Source of the DNA: Macrostomum lignano
Taxonomy: Eukaryota
Direction of reading: 5' to 3'
DNA length: 64,000 bases
Assembly: GCA_002269645.1 (NCBI GenBank)
Contig: NIVC01000393.1
Span: 1 to 64,000, forward strand
Below, in pieces: positions 1-11,653 of the stretch (the first letter of the stretch is position 1; each line of letters starts with the position of its first letter). The position numbers were made by a program, and so were the translations under genes. The notes under the pieces were generated by a model. The model saw nothing but the letters and a program-made list of their open reading frames with translations. It did no database searches and was not told the origin of the DNA.

Positions 1-165
1 GAGTTTTATTTTTTATTGAATTTCTATGCATAGTACAAGTTAATTTTCTTTCTTACATCTGACTTTGCTTGCGAATATTGAAATTAGATTTTAGTGTTTA
101 CGACTTGTGCAAAATACAATTAATGCCTCAATTCCTTAAAATTATCATACCTCACTGTTTAAGAG

Positions 166-920
166 TTGTATTCTTTTACAGATGAAACAGGTGCTACTGC
201 AATGGATTTTGCCGAAGGTCATGTAACTGCTGCTGTACAAGTCCAACCTGTATGGGTTCCTTTTTCTTCGTGTCGCGTTGAGAATGTACGAGGTGACGGC
301 AACTGTTTTTTCACGGCCATATTGAGACAATTACAAGAACTGCCATTTTTCCGCCTATCAATCGCTAAGCGTAGAAGATTTTCGAGATGCGGTTGCTGCA
401 GAATTCGAGCAATGGGTGCATCGCGATGTCAATAATCAGGAAAGAATTATGCAAACAGGACTGAATTGGGAAAAAGTGCGCGACGATACAAGGCGTCCCC
501 GTATGTACGTGCCATGCGGAGTTCCAGAACTAATTGGTGAACTGTTGCGGCTAGAAGTGTTTATTTATCAGTCAAACATGCTTAATCTAGCGCGGCCTGG
601 CCATTATTCCCGACCGAATATTGGAGAACGTTTGGCTACTATTCGATTGTTGTTTAATCCTGGTAGTCAACACTACGAAATCGTTCGTGTCAATGATTTG
701 GAAGTTAATGAAGCAAGCTCAGTTCGGCCGACTGGCCAAGGAGATTTGAGCGCCAAGAATGTGGAAATGCCCCTCTCAACGAGAATGTTCATGTTGTCGA
801 AGATCCTGTTGTAATGATGCCACCTCCAGCTCCACCAATGACGCCTTTTGAAAAGGTTGCAGACTGGACCGAGTTCAAAGTAGGCATTGGAAGGGACGTT
901 GTAGAAATCAAGCAAAGTCC
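166..920 (+). pseudogene. N-terminal OTU-like cysteine protease region of the Helitron2/Helentron Rep-helicase, split over three frames
   Basis: VRGDGNCFFTAI (OTU Cys motif) in ORF 166-435 and GSQHYEI (His motif) in ORF 416-814. Frames join by single indels at T5 346-350, C4 770-773 and A3 905-907. A possible acceptor (ttttacag, 181) suggests an upstream exon outside the window. Confidence 0.75.
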
Positions 921-3830
921 TTGGAAAATAATACGAGTTTGTTTGCGCATCCGAATTCATATGAAGTGCTTCGGGATCGGAACAACTCTGTCTGGAATTG
1001 GAATGTCGATCTTGACGCGGAGGATAGCGCAGAGTCAGTTGAAATTGAGCATGTGTCAGAGTCAGTTAAAAGTGATCGTGTGTCAGAGTCCGTGCCATCA
1101 AATGTTCCGCGGCGCAGTCGGCGTAAAAAGGATGTTGGGAAGGCAAGTTGCGCTACGCGTCGGAGTAGTCGACTGAGCGCTAAAGCAAACACATTAGAGT
1201 CTGTGTCTGTTGCAGCCTCTAGTGTATCTGGTCAGAGCTTATTGAGAAGAAGCAGTCGCACTCGGAGAGCACCATGTTGCAGTTGCATCGGTTGTGGCGA
1301 CTCAGTTTCGGCGGTTTCAAGCGTTTCTTGCCATTTGGAAAAAGGAAGAGGTCGAGAAAAGAAGAGCGACGTTGTACCAAGTGCTCCTACTCGTCGCAGC
1401 GAGCGTTTGAAAAACCAGCAGCAAGTGGTCAACTATGCAAATTCTTTACCACGGAAACAGAGATTGACAAACGCAGAAAATCATATCTGCGAACCCGTTC
1501 GATCGTCGCCTAGGAAGACGGCACCTTTGCAGCAGGAGCAGCAAGATAAACGTCAGTCTGATAATATTCCAGCTACTTCTACGTATTCATCACCACGAAA
1601 GACACGTGCTACTCAGGAGAAGCCTGATGAAGCGATCCGTTCGTCACCCAGAAAGCGGCCTACAATGGAGCAGCAGCCAGCTAAAGAAAATGTTCCGCAG
1701 AGCAGCACTTCAGAAGAGAGCGCTCAAGATGCTCCAATTGTTGAAGATGAAATCGGAGATCCTAATCTGCCAAAGTGCCTTCGCAATCCGTTCACAGACC
1801 AGTTCAAAAAGATGAGGCAAGACTTTTTCAATGAAAACATAACAAAAGTATCACATTTGAAACAGTGCTACGTGTGTAGGGAAAAGTTTCCTGGAAAATA
1901 TTTTAGCATCGATTCTGAAGACATGTGCGATCGTTGTTTCAGAGATGACAATGAGCCGAAATCGTTTAGCCAAGAAAACAATGCGATTCCGATGTTGGAG
2001 CAGCCAGAAGATTTGCAAGATTTGAGTGTAGCAGAGCAAATGTTGATTTCGCCAGTTTTGTCGGTTATTGTTGTGGTACAAATTTTTCCCCAAAAGCAAA
2101 CAAAATCGAGAGGACACGGAATCATGTTGCCTCAAGATCAGTCGCACGTTTTGCGAGAGTTGCCAAGACGATCTCTGCCAGTTGTTTTAATGTACGACGA
2201 AAGAGCCCGTGTTCAGCCTGGAGAAGCGCAAAGCGGCACAATGAACAATTTGCGAGTTCGACGCGACAAAGTGACTAATGCGATGCGCTATTTAATGGCA
2301 AACAACAAGTACTTTAGACAGTATCAGGTTTCAATGAATAATGATGCGTTGCTACATCTGCCTGAAGATGGTTATGCTCATCAAGTAGAAGGTATGATTG
2401 TCGAAATGCAGTCTGACAATGAAGTGAATTTCGAGGCGGCACAGCAAGAAGGCGGCTCAGCCAGAGCTGAGCGATTGCAGCAACAAGTAGAAAAAAATGC
2501 GGACGAGACGAACGAGCTCGAGGAAACAATTAGTTCGCTGTTGGAGACTCCTTTGCGTCGATTGGAATCGGCAGTACGAGACAAATTTTTGAGTGAAAAA
2601 TTGAAATGGCCAGCAAGAAGCAACGAGCCGGTAAACGAATTTCAGGATGAAGGATATTTTACATTGGCTTATCCTCATCTCTTTCCGGATGGAGCAGGAG
2701 ATTATAGTACGCCACGTAATTTTGGACTAAGTTTGGGCGACTATGCAAAGCATTTGATGCAATTCCGGTGTCCAAGATTTCGTACCGATTTGCGGTTTAA
2801 ATTTTACATTGAAAATATGGTGATGCGTTGGAGGGCGCTGGAAGTTGGTCGCGTGTTTGTACACGACAACAAGTATGCTGGATTAAGTGCCAAGGAAATG
2901 ATTGAAGCACTAAATGACCCGGCAGTATTGGCTAGCGTGTCAGTTCGAGCATCAGATTTGCGAGGCACAAGCGCTTATTGGCAGAGTAAAGGACGGCAAT
3001 TGGAAGCCATGATTCGAACGCTTGGTGTTCCTCATTTTTTCGTGACACTATCGGCAGCAGATGTACATTGGCCAGAGTTGCAGCATGCCTGGGGAATCGA
3101 TGCAGAGCAATATGAAAGCAATGTAGAACTAAGAGCAGAAATGTTGTCAAAGTTGCAAAAAGATCCCGGAATGGCAGACACTGTGTTTTGGTTGCGATTT
3201 GAAACATGTTTGAAACGTTTTTTGGTCGAGCACTGGAAAGTAAACGATTATTGGTTTCGCATAGAATATCAGAGTCGCGGAAGTCCACACGTTCACGGTT
3301 GCATTTGGATGCCAGATGGTGTTGATGTGACATCGAATACATTGAATGCAGAAGAATTGACGAGCTTTGTTGACAAGTACATCTGTAGTTGGAATTTGGC
3401 CATGGACGAATCGGATTATGGAAATCAAGTTTTGAATGGCAGTTTAGCAGGTCAAGGTCATCCAGCTCAACTGAAACCGGAAGAGATTGAAAATGACAAG
3501 CAAGATTTGCAGTTAATTTCGCATTTGACAGAGAGGCACACTATTTGCAGTAAAAAGTGCTTGCGAACAGTAAAAGGCAAACAAGAGTGCCGATTCAAGT
3601 ATCCGCGCGAGCCGCAGGAAAAGACTGTTGCAAAGCGAGTATCCCGTTTAAATTGGCAAGTTGAGACGCAGCGCAACGACGAGCGAATGATTTCTCACAG
3701 TCCGCAGTTGCTGTGCATGTGGAGAGCCAATGTCGATGTTCAAATGATTTCGTCCGTGAAGAATTTGATTCGCTATTTGATCAAGTATGCGACAAAAAGC
3801 GAAAGGAGTCGGATTATATGGCGGAGCTGA
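921..3830 (+). CDS. Helitron2/Helentron Rep portion: basic disordered region, CxxC..CxxC finger, DUF6570-like region, helitron_like_N, HUH endonuclease
   Basis: HFFVTLSAAD (RCR motif 1), YWFRIEYQSRGSPHVHGCIW (HUH motif 2, with the RGSPH variant typical of Helitron2/Helentron), YLIKYATK (motif 3 Tyr), YFTLAYPHLFPDG. The true frame continues into the 3713-6205 ORF at A3 3802-3804. Confidence 0.93.
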   Translation: MENNTSLFAHPNSYEVLRDRNNSVWNWNVDLDAEDSAESVEIEHVSESVKSDRVSESVPSNVPRRSRRKKDVGKASCATRRSSRLSAKANTLESVSVAASSVSGQSLLRRSSRTRRAPCCSCIGCGDSVSAVSSVSCHLEKGRGREKKSDVVPSAPTRRSERLKNQQQVVNYANSLPRKQRLTNAENHICEPVRSSPRKTAPLQQEQQDKRQSDNIPATSTYSSPRKTRATQEKPDEAIRSSPRKRPTMEQQPAKENVPQSSTSEESAQDAPIVEDEIGDPNLPKCLRNPFTDQFKKMRQDFFNENITKVSHLKQCYVCREKFPGKYFSIDSEDMCDRCFRDDNEPKSFSQENNAIPMLEQPEDLQDLSVAEQMLISPVLSVIVVVQIFPQKQTKSRGHGIMLPQDQSHVLRELPRRSLPVVLMYDERARVQPGEAQSGTMNNLRVRRDKVTNAMRYLMANNKYFRQYQVSMNNDALLHLPEDGYAHQVEGMIVEMQSDNEVNFEAAQQEGGSARAERLQQQVEKNADETNELEETISSLLETPLRRLESAVRDKFLSEKLKWPARSNEPVNEFQDEGYFTLAYPHLFPDGAGDYSTPRNFGLSLGDYAKHLMQFRCPRFRTDLRFKFYIENMVMRWRALEVGRVFVHDNKYAGLSAKEMIEALNDPAVLASVSVRASDLRGTSAYWQSKGRQLEAMIRTLGVPHFFVTLSAADVHWPELQHAWGIDAEQYESNVELRAEMLSKLQKDPGMADTVFWLRFETCLKRFLVEHWKVNDYWFRIEYQSRGSPHVHGCIWMPDGVDVTSNTLNAEELTSFVDKYICSWNLAMDESDYGNQVLNGSLAGQGHPAQLKPEEIENDKQDLQLISHLTERHTICSKKCLRTVKGKQECRFKYPREPQEKTVAKRVSRLNWQVETQRNDERMISHSPQLLCMWRANVDVQMISSVKNLIRYLIKYATKSERSRIIWRS

Positions 3831-6205
3831 CAAAGCGTCTTCATAAGGAGTTGGAAGATAATGCAGAACAGAATGCCGATAACAATTTTCAGCGTAGCAA
3901 CACTGCAAGGCGTGTTGTACAACAACACTTGATGGCGCAAGTTGGAGCGCGTGATTATTCGGCGCAAGAGGCAATGCATTTGCTATTGCAGACGTCAATG
4001 TACAAGGGTTCGCGAGAATTTGTTTTTGTTCAGACTGGCGAAACCCGCGCAGTGGAGGAAAAGGGTGTTTGCAGGAATAGTTGCGACAAGTATTCAAAGC
4101 GTGCAAAGAATTTGGAAAATGTAACAATGTTTCGTTTCTTTTCCGACTACTGTCTCAGCCCTAATGGGAGGTGCACAAAAAGGCCGAAACAAGTAGTTTT
4201 GCTAATCAGTCCATTTTTTCGACCGAATGAGCAATCAGACGAAAGACGCGAAGGCTATTATCGGCAGCAGGTTTTGTTGTACAGTTGTTGGCGAAATGAG
4301 CGAGAAGCCAAAGGTTTGCACACAAGCTGGCAGCAAGCGTACGAAGCCATGCCTGCTGAGAATCGATGCGAGCTGCAGCTGCCCAATTTGGACGATTTGC
4401 GCAACGACGAAGCTGACGAAGAAGTCGAAGCAGTTGCGGAGCTACCCGAAATGACCAACGCAAATGCGCAATCTGCTGCTCAGCCAACTTATGAGCACGA
4501 AGAGCAAGAAGATTGGATGGTTGCAGTGGGGGCACTTCATCGCGAGAGAAATCTATTGGCCTGTCCAGAAGATCAATTGCCAAAGCCGCCAGAAAATTTT
4601 GACTGGAGCGCAGCTAGTGGCGGCCAGTTTCCAACGGTTGGAGAAGCAAAGGCGTTTTTAAGTAGCGACCTAAAACTTGGCGCAAGAGAGGTCGCTGACA
4701 TGCCGATAAACAGTGTTGAATCGCTTAATGTTCGGCAGCGAGAAATGTACAACCTAATTGAAAGTCATTTGCAGCTTTCAAGACTAGCCGAAGAAAACCA
4801 AGGCGAAAAGCCGGAGCCTCTCAAAGCAATTTTGTATGGTAGCGCTGGAACTGGAAAAAGCTACTTGATTTCTACATTGCGTCGGTTGATTGGAGAATCA
4901 AGATGCAGAATTATGGCATCAACAGGCGTAGCCGCTTTCAATATTGCAGGCGAAACTTTGCACTCGGCTTTGAAATTGAATGTAAATTTTAGTGCTGGTG
5001 TTGGCAAGAAATCCCTAATGGAGATGCAAGAGCAGTGGAAAGATGTGCGCTACATTTTTATTGACGAATTTAGCATGCTTGGCCAAAGGTTACTCCGTAA
5101 GGTGGATGCTCGTTTGCGCGAATTGTTTCCAGAACACAGTAAACAGAGTTTTGGTGGTCGATCTGTAATCCTAATTGGCGACGTGTTTCAATTGCCTCCA
5201 GTTTTGGACACGCAACTGTACGTTTACAATCCAAATCAAAAGAAGCACGATATATTGAAATCTGAAGGCTATAAATTGTACATGGAGTTCAAAAAGGTTG
5301 TGCATCTGACAGAACAAGTCCGACAAGCAAACGATACGGAATTCGCCCAGTTGTTGGATAAACTTCGCGAAGGCAAGGCCGACGAAGCCTGCTGGAATTC
5401 GTTGATGAACAATTGTCGCGTCTATGCTCCCGACCTTTTGCCTGAAGGTTTCCAAAGCGGGTGTACATTTTTATATCACACTAACGAGGATGTGAGAAAT
5501 CGCAACTACATGCTATTGGGAAAGATGGTTTCCGAATTGAATCCTGTGCGGCAAATTAACGCAATTTGTAAAGGAGACGAAGCAAAATTGTGTGGCAAAA
5601 AGAAGGAACATAAAAAATCGGATACGAATCTGGAGAAGCGACTCTATTTGTGTATTGGTGCTCGAGTAATGCTAACTAGAAATCTGTCAGTACGCAATGG
5701 ACTTGTGAATGGATCAGTTGGAACTGTACGAGGAATTTGCTACGCTCCTGGAAGGCAATCACCAAAGGATTGGCCAGATTGTATTTGGGTTGAATTTGAC
5801 AATTATTCTGGCCCAGCAATGGGGGCAATTGTACAAGATAATCGTGCAATTCGTGTAGTGCCAATTCTGTCAGTAACGAATGAAAAGTTTAAAGGAGGAG
5901 CCCAATTGTCGCGTCAACAATTTCCACTACGATTGGCTTGGGCTAGTACGATTCACAAGAGCCAAGGACTTACAATTCCAAAAGCGTACGTGGCGTTTAG
6001 CAAAGGAGGCGCCAGGAAAGCTATTCCAGCTGGATTATTTTATACTGCGGTGAGTAGAGTTCGTGCATTTGCAGATTTGCGAGTATCAAGTTGCGATTAC
6101 AACAATTTCGTGAGCCTTTTTTCTGCACAAAAAGTGCAGACGCAGTTGCATGAGCAAAAGCGTTTGCTGAGAATGTGCTCATCCGCGAATTCTGATAGCC
6201 GCTAA
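3713..6205 (+). CDS. PIF1-family SF1B helicase portion of the same Rep-helicase (in-frame part starts about 3805); no C-terminal AP endonuclease
   Basis: GSAGTGKS (Walker A), FIDEFSM (Walker B), GDVFQLPPV, LTEQVRQAND, QFPLRLAWASTIHKSQGLT, YTAVSRV. Confidence 0.95.
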   Translation: MHVESQCRCSNDFVREEFDSLFDQVCDKKRKESDYMAELTKRLHKELEDNAEQNADNNFQRSNTARRVVQQHLMAQVGARDYSAQEAMHLLLQTSMYKGSREFVFVQTGETRAVEEKGVCRNSCDKYSKRAKNLENVTMFRFFSDYCLSPNGRCTKRPKQVVLLISPFFRPNEQSDERREGYYRQQVLLYSCWRNEREAKGLHTSWQQAYEAMPAENRCELQLPNLDDLRNDEADEEVEAVAELPEMTNANAQSAAQPTYEHEEQEDWMVAVGALHRERNLLACPEDQLPKPPENFDWSAASGGQFPTVGEAKAFLSSDLKLGAREVADMPINSVESLNVRQREMYNLIESHLQLSRLAEENQGEKPEPLKAILYGSAGTGKSYLISTLRRLIGESRCRIMASTGVAAFNIAGETLHSALKLNVNFSAGVGKKSLMEMQEQWKDVRYIFIDEFSMLGQRLLRKVDARLRELFPEHSKQSFGGRSVILIGDVFQLPPVLDTQLYVYNPNQKKHDILKSEGYKLYMEFKKVVHLTEQVRQANDTEFAQLLDKLREGKADEACWNSLMNNCRVYAPDLLPEGFQSGCTFLYHTNEDVRNRNYMLLGKMVSELNPVRQINAICKGDEAKLCGKKKEHKKSDTNLEKRLYLCIGARVMLTRNLSVRNGLVNGSVGTVRGICYAPGRQSPKDWPDCIWVEFDNYSGPAMGAIVQDNRAIRVVPILSVTNEKFKGGAQLSRQQFPLRLAWASTIHKSQGLTIPKAYVAFSKGGARKAIPAGLFYTAVSRVRAFADLRVSSCDYNNFVSLFSAQKVQTQLHEQKRLLRMCSSANSDSR

Positions 6206-6218
6206 CTTGCTATTCTAA

Positions 6219-9200
6219 AGTCGGCAACTATTTAGTCAGCAACTATCCATCCAGTCAGCATCCGTCCAGTCAGCAGCCGTCAGTCAGCAACAATCCAGTC
6301 AGCAACCATCCAGTCAGCAACCATCCAGTCAGCAAACATCCATCCAGTCAGCAACCATTCGTCCAGTCAGCATCCATCCAGTCAGCAACCATCCAGTCAG
6401 CAACCATCCAGTCAGCATCCGTCCAGTCAGCAGCCATCCAGTCAGCAACCGTCCATCCAGTCAGCAACAATCCAGTCAGCAATCATCCAGTCAGCAACCA
6501 TCCAGTCACAACCATCCAGTCAGCAGTCATCCAGTCAGCAACCATCCGTCCAGTCAGCAACCATCCGTCCAGTCAGCAATCATCCGTCCAGTCAGCGACC
6601 ATCCAGTCGGCAACCATCCAGTCACAACCATACGTCCAGTCAGCAACCATCCAGTCAGCAACCATCCAGTCAGCAACCATCCATCCATTCAGCAACCATC
6701 CAGTCAGCAACCATCCAGTCAGCAACCATCCAGTCAGCAACCATTCGTCCAGCAACCATCCATCCAGTCAGCAACAATCCAGTCAGCAACCATCCAGTCA
6801 GCAAACATCCATCCAGTCAGCAACCATTCGTCCAGTCAGCATCCATCCAGTCAGCAACCATCCAGTCAGCAACCATCCAGCAAACATCCATCCAGTCAGC
6901 AGCCATCCAGTCAGCAACCGTCCATCCAGTCAGCAACAATCCAGTCAGCAATCATCCAGTCAGCAACCATCCAGTCACAACCATCCAGTCAGCAGTCATC
7001 CAGTCAGCAACCATCCGTCCAGTCAGCAACCATCCGTCCAGTCAGCAATCATCCGTCCAGTCAGCGACCATCCAGTCGGCAACCATCCAGTCACAACCAT
7101 ACGTCCAGTCAGCAACCATCCAGTCAGCAACCATCCAGTCAGCAACCATCCATCCATTCAGCAACCATCCAGTCAGCAACCATCCAGTCAGCAACCATCC
7201 AGTCAGCAACCATTCGTCCAGCAACCATCCATCCAGTCAGCAACAATCCAGTCAGCAACCATCCAGTCAGCAACAATCCAGTCACAACCATACATCCAGT
7301 CAGCAACCATCCAGTCAGCAACCGTCCATCCAGTCAGCAACAATCCAGTCAGCAACAATCCAGTCAGCAACCGTCCATCCAGTCAGCAACTATCCAGTCA
7401 GCAACCATCCATCCAGTCAGCAACCGTCCAGTCAACAACCATCCAGTCAGCGACCATCCAGTCAGCAACCATCCAGTCAGCAACCATCCAGTCAACAACA
7501 GTCCATCCAGTCAGCAAACATCCATCCAGTCAGCAACCATCCAGTCAACAACAGTCCATCCAGTCAGCAACCATCCATCCAGTCAGCAACAATCCAGTCA
7601 CAACCATACATCCAGTCAGCAACCATCCAGTCAGCAACCATCCGTCCAGTCAGCAACCATCCAGTCAGCAGCCATCCTGTCAGCAGCCATCCAGTCAGCA
7701 GCCATCCAGTCAGCAACCGTCCATCCAGTCAGCACCCATCCAGTCAACAACCATCCAGTCAGCGACCATCCAGTCAGCAACCATCCAGTCAGCAACCATC
7801 CAGTCAGCAAACATCCATCCAGTCAGCAACCATCCAGTCAACAACAGTCCATCAAGTCAGCAACCAATCATCCAGTCAGCAACAATCCAGTCAGCAACAA
7901 TCCAGTCAGCAACAATCCAGTCACAACCATACATCCAGTCAGCAACCATCCAGTCAGCAACCGTCCATCCAGTCAGCAACAATCCAGTCAGCAACAATCC
8001 AGTCAGCAACCGTCCATCCAGTCAGCAACTATCCAGTCAGCAACCATCCATCCAGTCAGCAACCGTCCAGTCAGCAACCATCCAGTCAGCAATCATCCAT
8101 CCAGTCAGCAACCATCCAGTCAACAACCGTCCATCCAGTCAGCAACCATCCAGTCAACAACCATCCAGTCAGCGACCATCCAGTCAGCAACCATCCAGTC
8201 AGCAACCATCCAGTCAGCAACCATCCAGTCAGCAAACATCCATCCAGTCAGCAACCATCCAGTCAACAACAGTCCATCCAGTCAGCAACCATCCATCCAG
8301 TCAGCAACAATCCAGTCACAACCATACATCCAGTCAGCAACCATCCAGTCAGCAACCGTCCATCCAGTCAGCAACAATCCAGTCAGCAACAATCCAGTCA
8401 CAACCATACATCCAGTCAGCAACCATCCAGTCAGCAACCGTCCATCCAGTCAGCAACAATCCAGTCAGGAACAATCCAGTCAGCAACCATCCAGTCAGCA
8501 ACCATCCAGTCAGCAACCGTCCATCCAGTCAGCAACAATCCAGTCACAACCATCCGTCCAGTCAGCAACCATCCAGTCAGCAAACATCCATCCAGTCGGA
8601 AACCATCCAGGCAGCAACCATCTAGTCAGCAACCATCCATCGAGTCAGCAACCGTCCAGTCAGCAACCATCCAGTCAGCAGCCATCCTGTCAGCAGCCAT
8701 CCAGTCAGCAAACATTCATCCAGTCAGCAACCATCCATCCAGTCAGCACCCATCCAGTCAACAACCATCCAGTCAGCGACCATCCAGTCAGCAACCATCC
8801 AGTCAGCAACCATCCAGTCAGCAAACATCCATCCAGTCAGCAACCATCCAGTCAGCAAACATCCATCCAGTCAGCAACCATCCAGTCAACAACAGTCCAT
8901 CAAGTCAGCAACCAATCATCCAGTCAGCAACAATCCAGTCAGCAACAATCCAGTCAGCAACAATCCAGTCACAACCATACATCCAGTCAGCAACCATCCA
9001 GTCAGCAACCGTCCATCCAGTCAGCAACAATCCAGTCAGCAACAATCCAGTCAGCAACCGTCCATCCAGTCAGCAACTATCCAGTCAGCAACCATCCATC
9101 CAGTCAGCAACCGTCCAGTCAGCAACCATCCAGTCAGCAATCATCCATCCAGTCAGCAACCATCCAGTCAACAACCGTCCATCCAGTCAGCAACCATCCA

Positions 9201-11653
9201 GTCAACAACCATCCAGTCAGCGACCATCCAGTCAGCAACCATCCAGTCAGCAACCATCCAGTCAGCAACCATCCAGTCAGCAAACATCCATCCAGTCAGC
9301 AACCATCCAGTCAACAACAGTCCATCCAGTCAGCAACCATCCATCCAGTCAGCAACAATCCAGTCACAACCATACATCCAGTCAGCAACCATCCAGTCAG
9401 CAACCGTCCATCCAGTCAGCAACAATCCAGTCAGCAACAATCCAGTCACAACCATACATCCAGTCAGCAACCATCCAGTCAGCAACCGTCCGTCCAGTCA
9501 GCAACAATCCAGTCAGGAACAATCCAGTCAGCAACCATCCAGTCAGCAACCATCCAGTCAGCAACCGTCCATCCAGTCAGCAACAATCCAGTCACAACCA
9601 TCCGTCCAGTCAGCAACCATCCAGTCAGCAAACATCCATCCAGTCGGAAACCATCCAGGCAGCAACCATCTAGTCAGCAACCATCCATCGAGTCAGCAAC
9701 CGTCCAGTCAGCAACCATCCTGTCAGCAGCCATCCTGTCAGCAGCCATCCAGTCAGCAAACATTCATCCAGTCAGCAACCATCCATCCAGTCAGCACCCA
9801 TCCAGTCAACAACCATCCAGTCAGCGACCATCCAGTCAGCAACCATCCAGTCAGCAACCATCCAGTCAGCAAACATCCATCCAGTCAGCAACCATCCAGT
9901 CAACAACAGTCCATCCAGTCAGCAACAATCCAGTCAGCAACAATCCAGTCACAACCATACATCCAGTCAGCAACCATCCAGTCAGCAGCCATCTAGTCAG
10001 CAGCCATCGAGTCAGCAGCCATCCAGTGAGCAACCGTCCATCCAGTTAGCAACCATCCAGTCAGCAACCATCCGTCCAGTCAGCAACCATCCAGTCAGCA
10101 GCCATCCTGTCAGCAGCCATCCAGTCAGCAGCCATCCAGTCAGCAACCGTCCATCCAGTCAGCACCCATCCAGTCAACAACCATCCAGTCAGCGACCATC
10201 CAGTCAGCAACCATCCAGTCAGCAACCATCCAGTCAGCAAACATCCATCCAGTCAGCAACCATCCAGTCAACAACAGTCCATCAAGTCAGCAACCAATCA
10301 TCCAGTCAGCAACAATCCAGTCAGCAACAATCCAGTCAGCAACAATCCAGTCACAACCATACATCCAGTCAGCAACCATCCAGTCAGCAACCGTCCATCC
10401 AGTCAGCAACAATCCAGTCAGCAACAATCCAGTCAGCAACCGTCCATCCAGTCAGCAACTATCCAGTCAGCAACCATCCATCCAGTCAGCAACCGTCCAG
10501 TCAGCAACCATCCAGTCAGCAATCATCCATCCAGTCAGCAACCATCCAGTCAACAACCGTCCATCCAGTCAGCAACCATCCAGTCAACAACCATCCAGTC
10601 AGCGACCATCCAGTCAGCAACCATCCAGTCAGCAACCATCCAGTCAGCAACCATCCAGTCAGCAAACATCCATCCAGTCAGCAACCATCCAGTCAACAAC
10701 AGTCCATCCAGTCAGCAACCATCCATCCAGTCAGCAACAATCCAGTCACAACCATACATCCAGTCAGCAACCATCCAGTCAGCAACCGTCCATCCAGTCA
10801 GCAACAATCCAGTCAGCAACAATCCAGTCACAACCATACATCCAGTCAGCAACCATCCAGTCAGCAACCGTCCGTCCAGTCAGCAACAATCCAGTCAGGA
10901 ACAATCCAGTCAGCAACCATCCAGTCAGCAACCATCCAGTCAGCAACCGTCCATCCAGTCAGCAACAATCCAGTCACAACCATCCGTCCAGTCAGCAACC
11001 ATCCAGTCAGCAAACATCCATCCAGTCGGAAACCATCCAGGCAGCAACCATCTAGTCAGCAACCATCCATCGAGTCAGCAACCGTCCAGTCAGCAACCAT
11101 CCAGTCAGCAGCCATCCTGTCAGCAGCCATCCAGTCAGCAAACATCCATCCAGTCAGCAACCATCCATCCAGTCAGCACCCATCCAGTCAACAACCATCC
11201 AGTCAGCGACCATCCAGTCAGCAACCATCCAGTCAGCAACCATCCAGTCAGCAAACATCCATCCAGTCAGCAACCATCCAGTCAACAACAGTCCATCCAG
11301 TCAGCAACAATCCAGTCAGCAACAATCCAGTCACAACCATACATCCAGTCAGCAACCATCCAGTCAGCAGCCATCTAGTCAGCAGCCATCGAGTCAGCAG
11401 CCATCCAGTGAGCAACCGTCCATCCAGTTAGCAACCATCCAGTCAGCAACAATCCAGTCACAACCATACATCCAGTCAGCAACCATCCAGTCAGCAACCA
11501 TCCGTCCAGTCAGCAACCATTCCAGTCAGCAACAATCCAGTCACAACCATACGTCCAGTCAGCAACCATCCAGTCAGCAACCGTCCATCCAGTCAGCAAC
11601 CATCCAGTCAGCAACAATCCAGTCACAACCATACGTCCAGTCAACAACCATCC
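6219..11653. repeat. Satellite array, core AGTCAGCAACCATCC (15 bp) with 19-bp variants and higher-order repeats
   Basis: Continuous tandem units. Diagnostic variants recur at offsets of 469, 1048 and 1382 bp. Confidence 0.97.

Noticed and set aside
6573-7321. Minus-strand ORFs (WLLTG/MVADW)
   Set aside because: Translations of the satellite.
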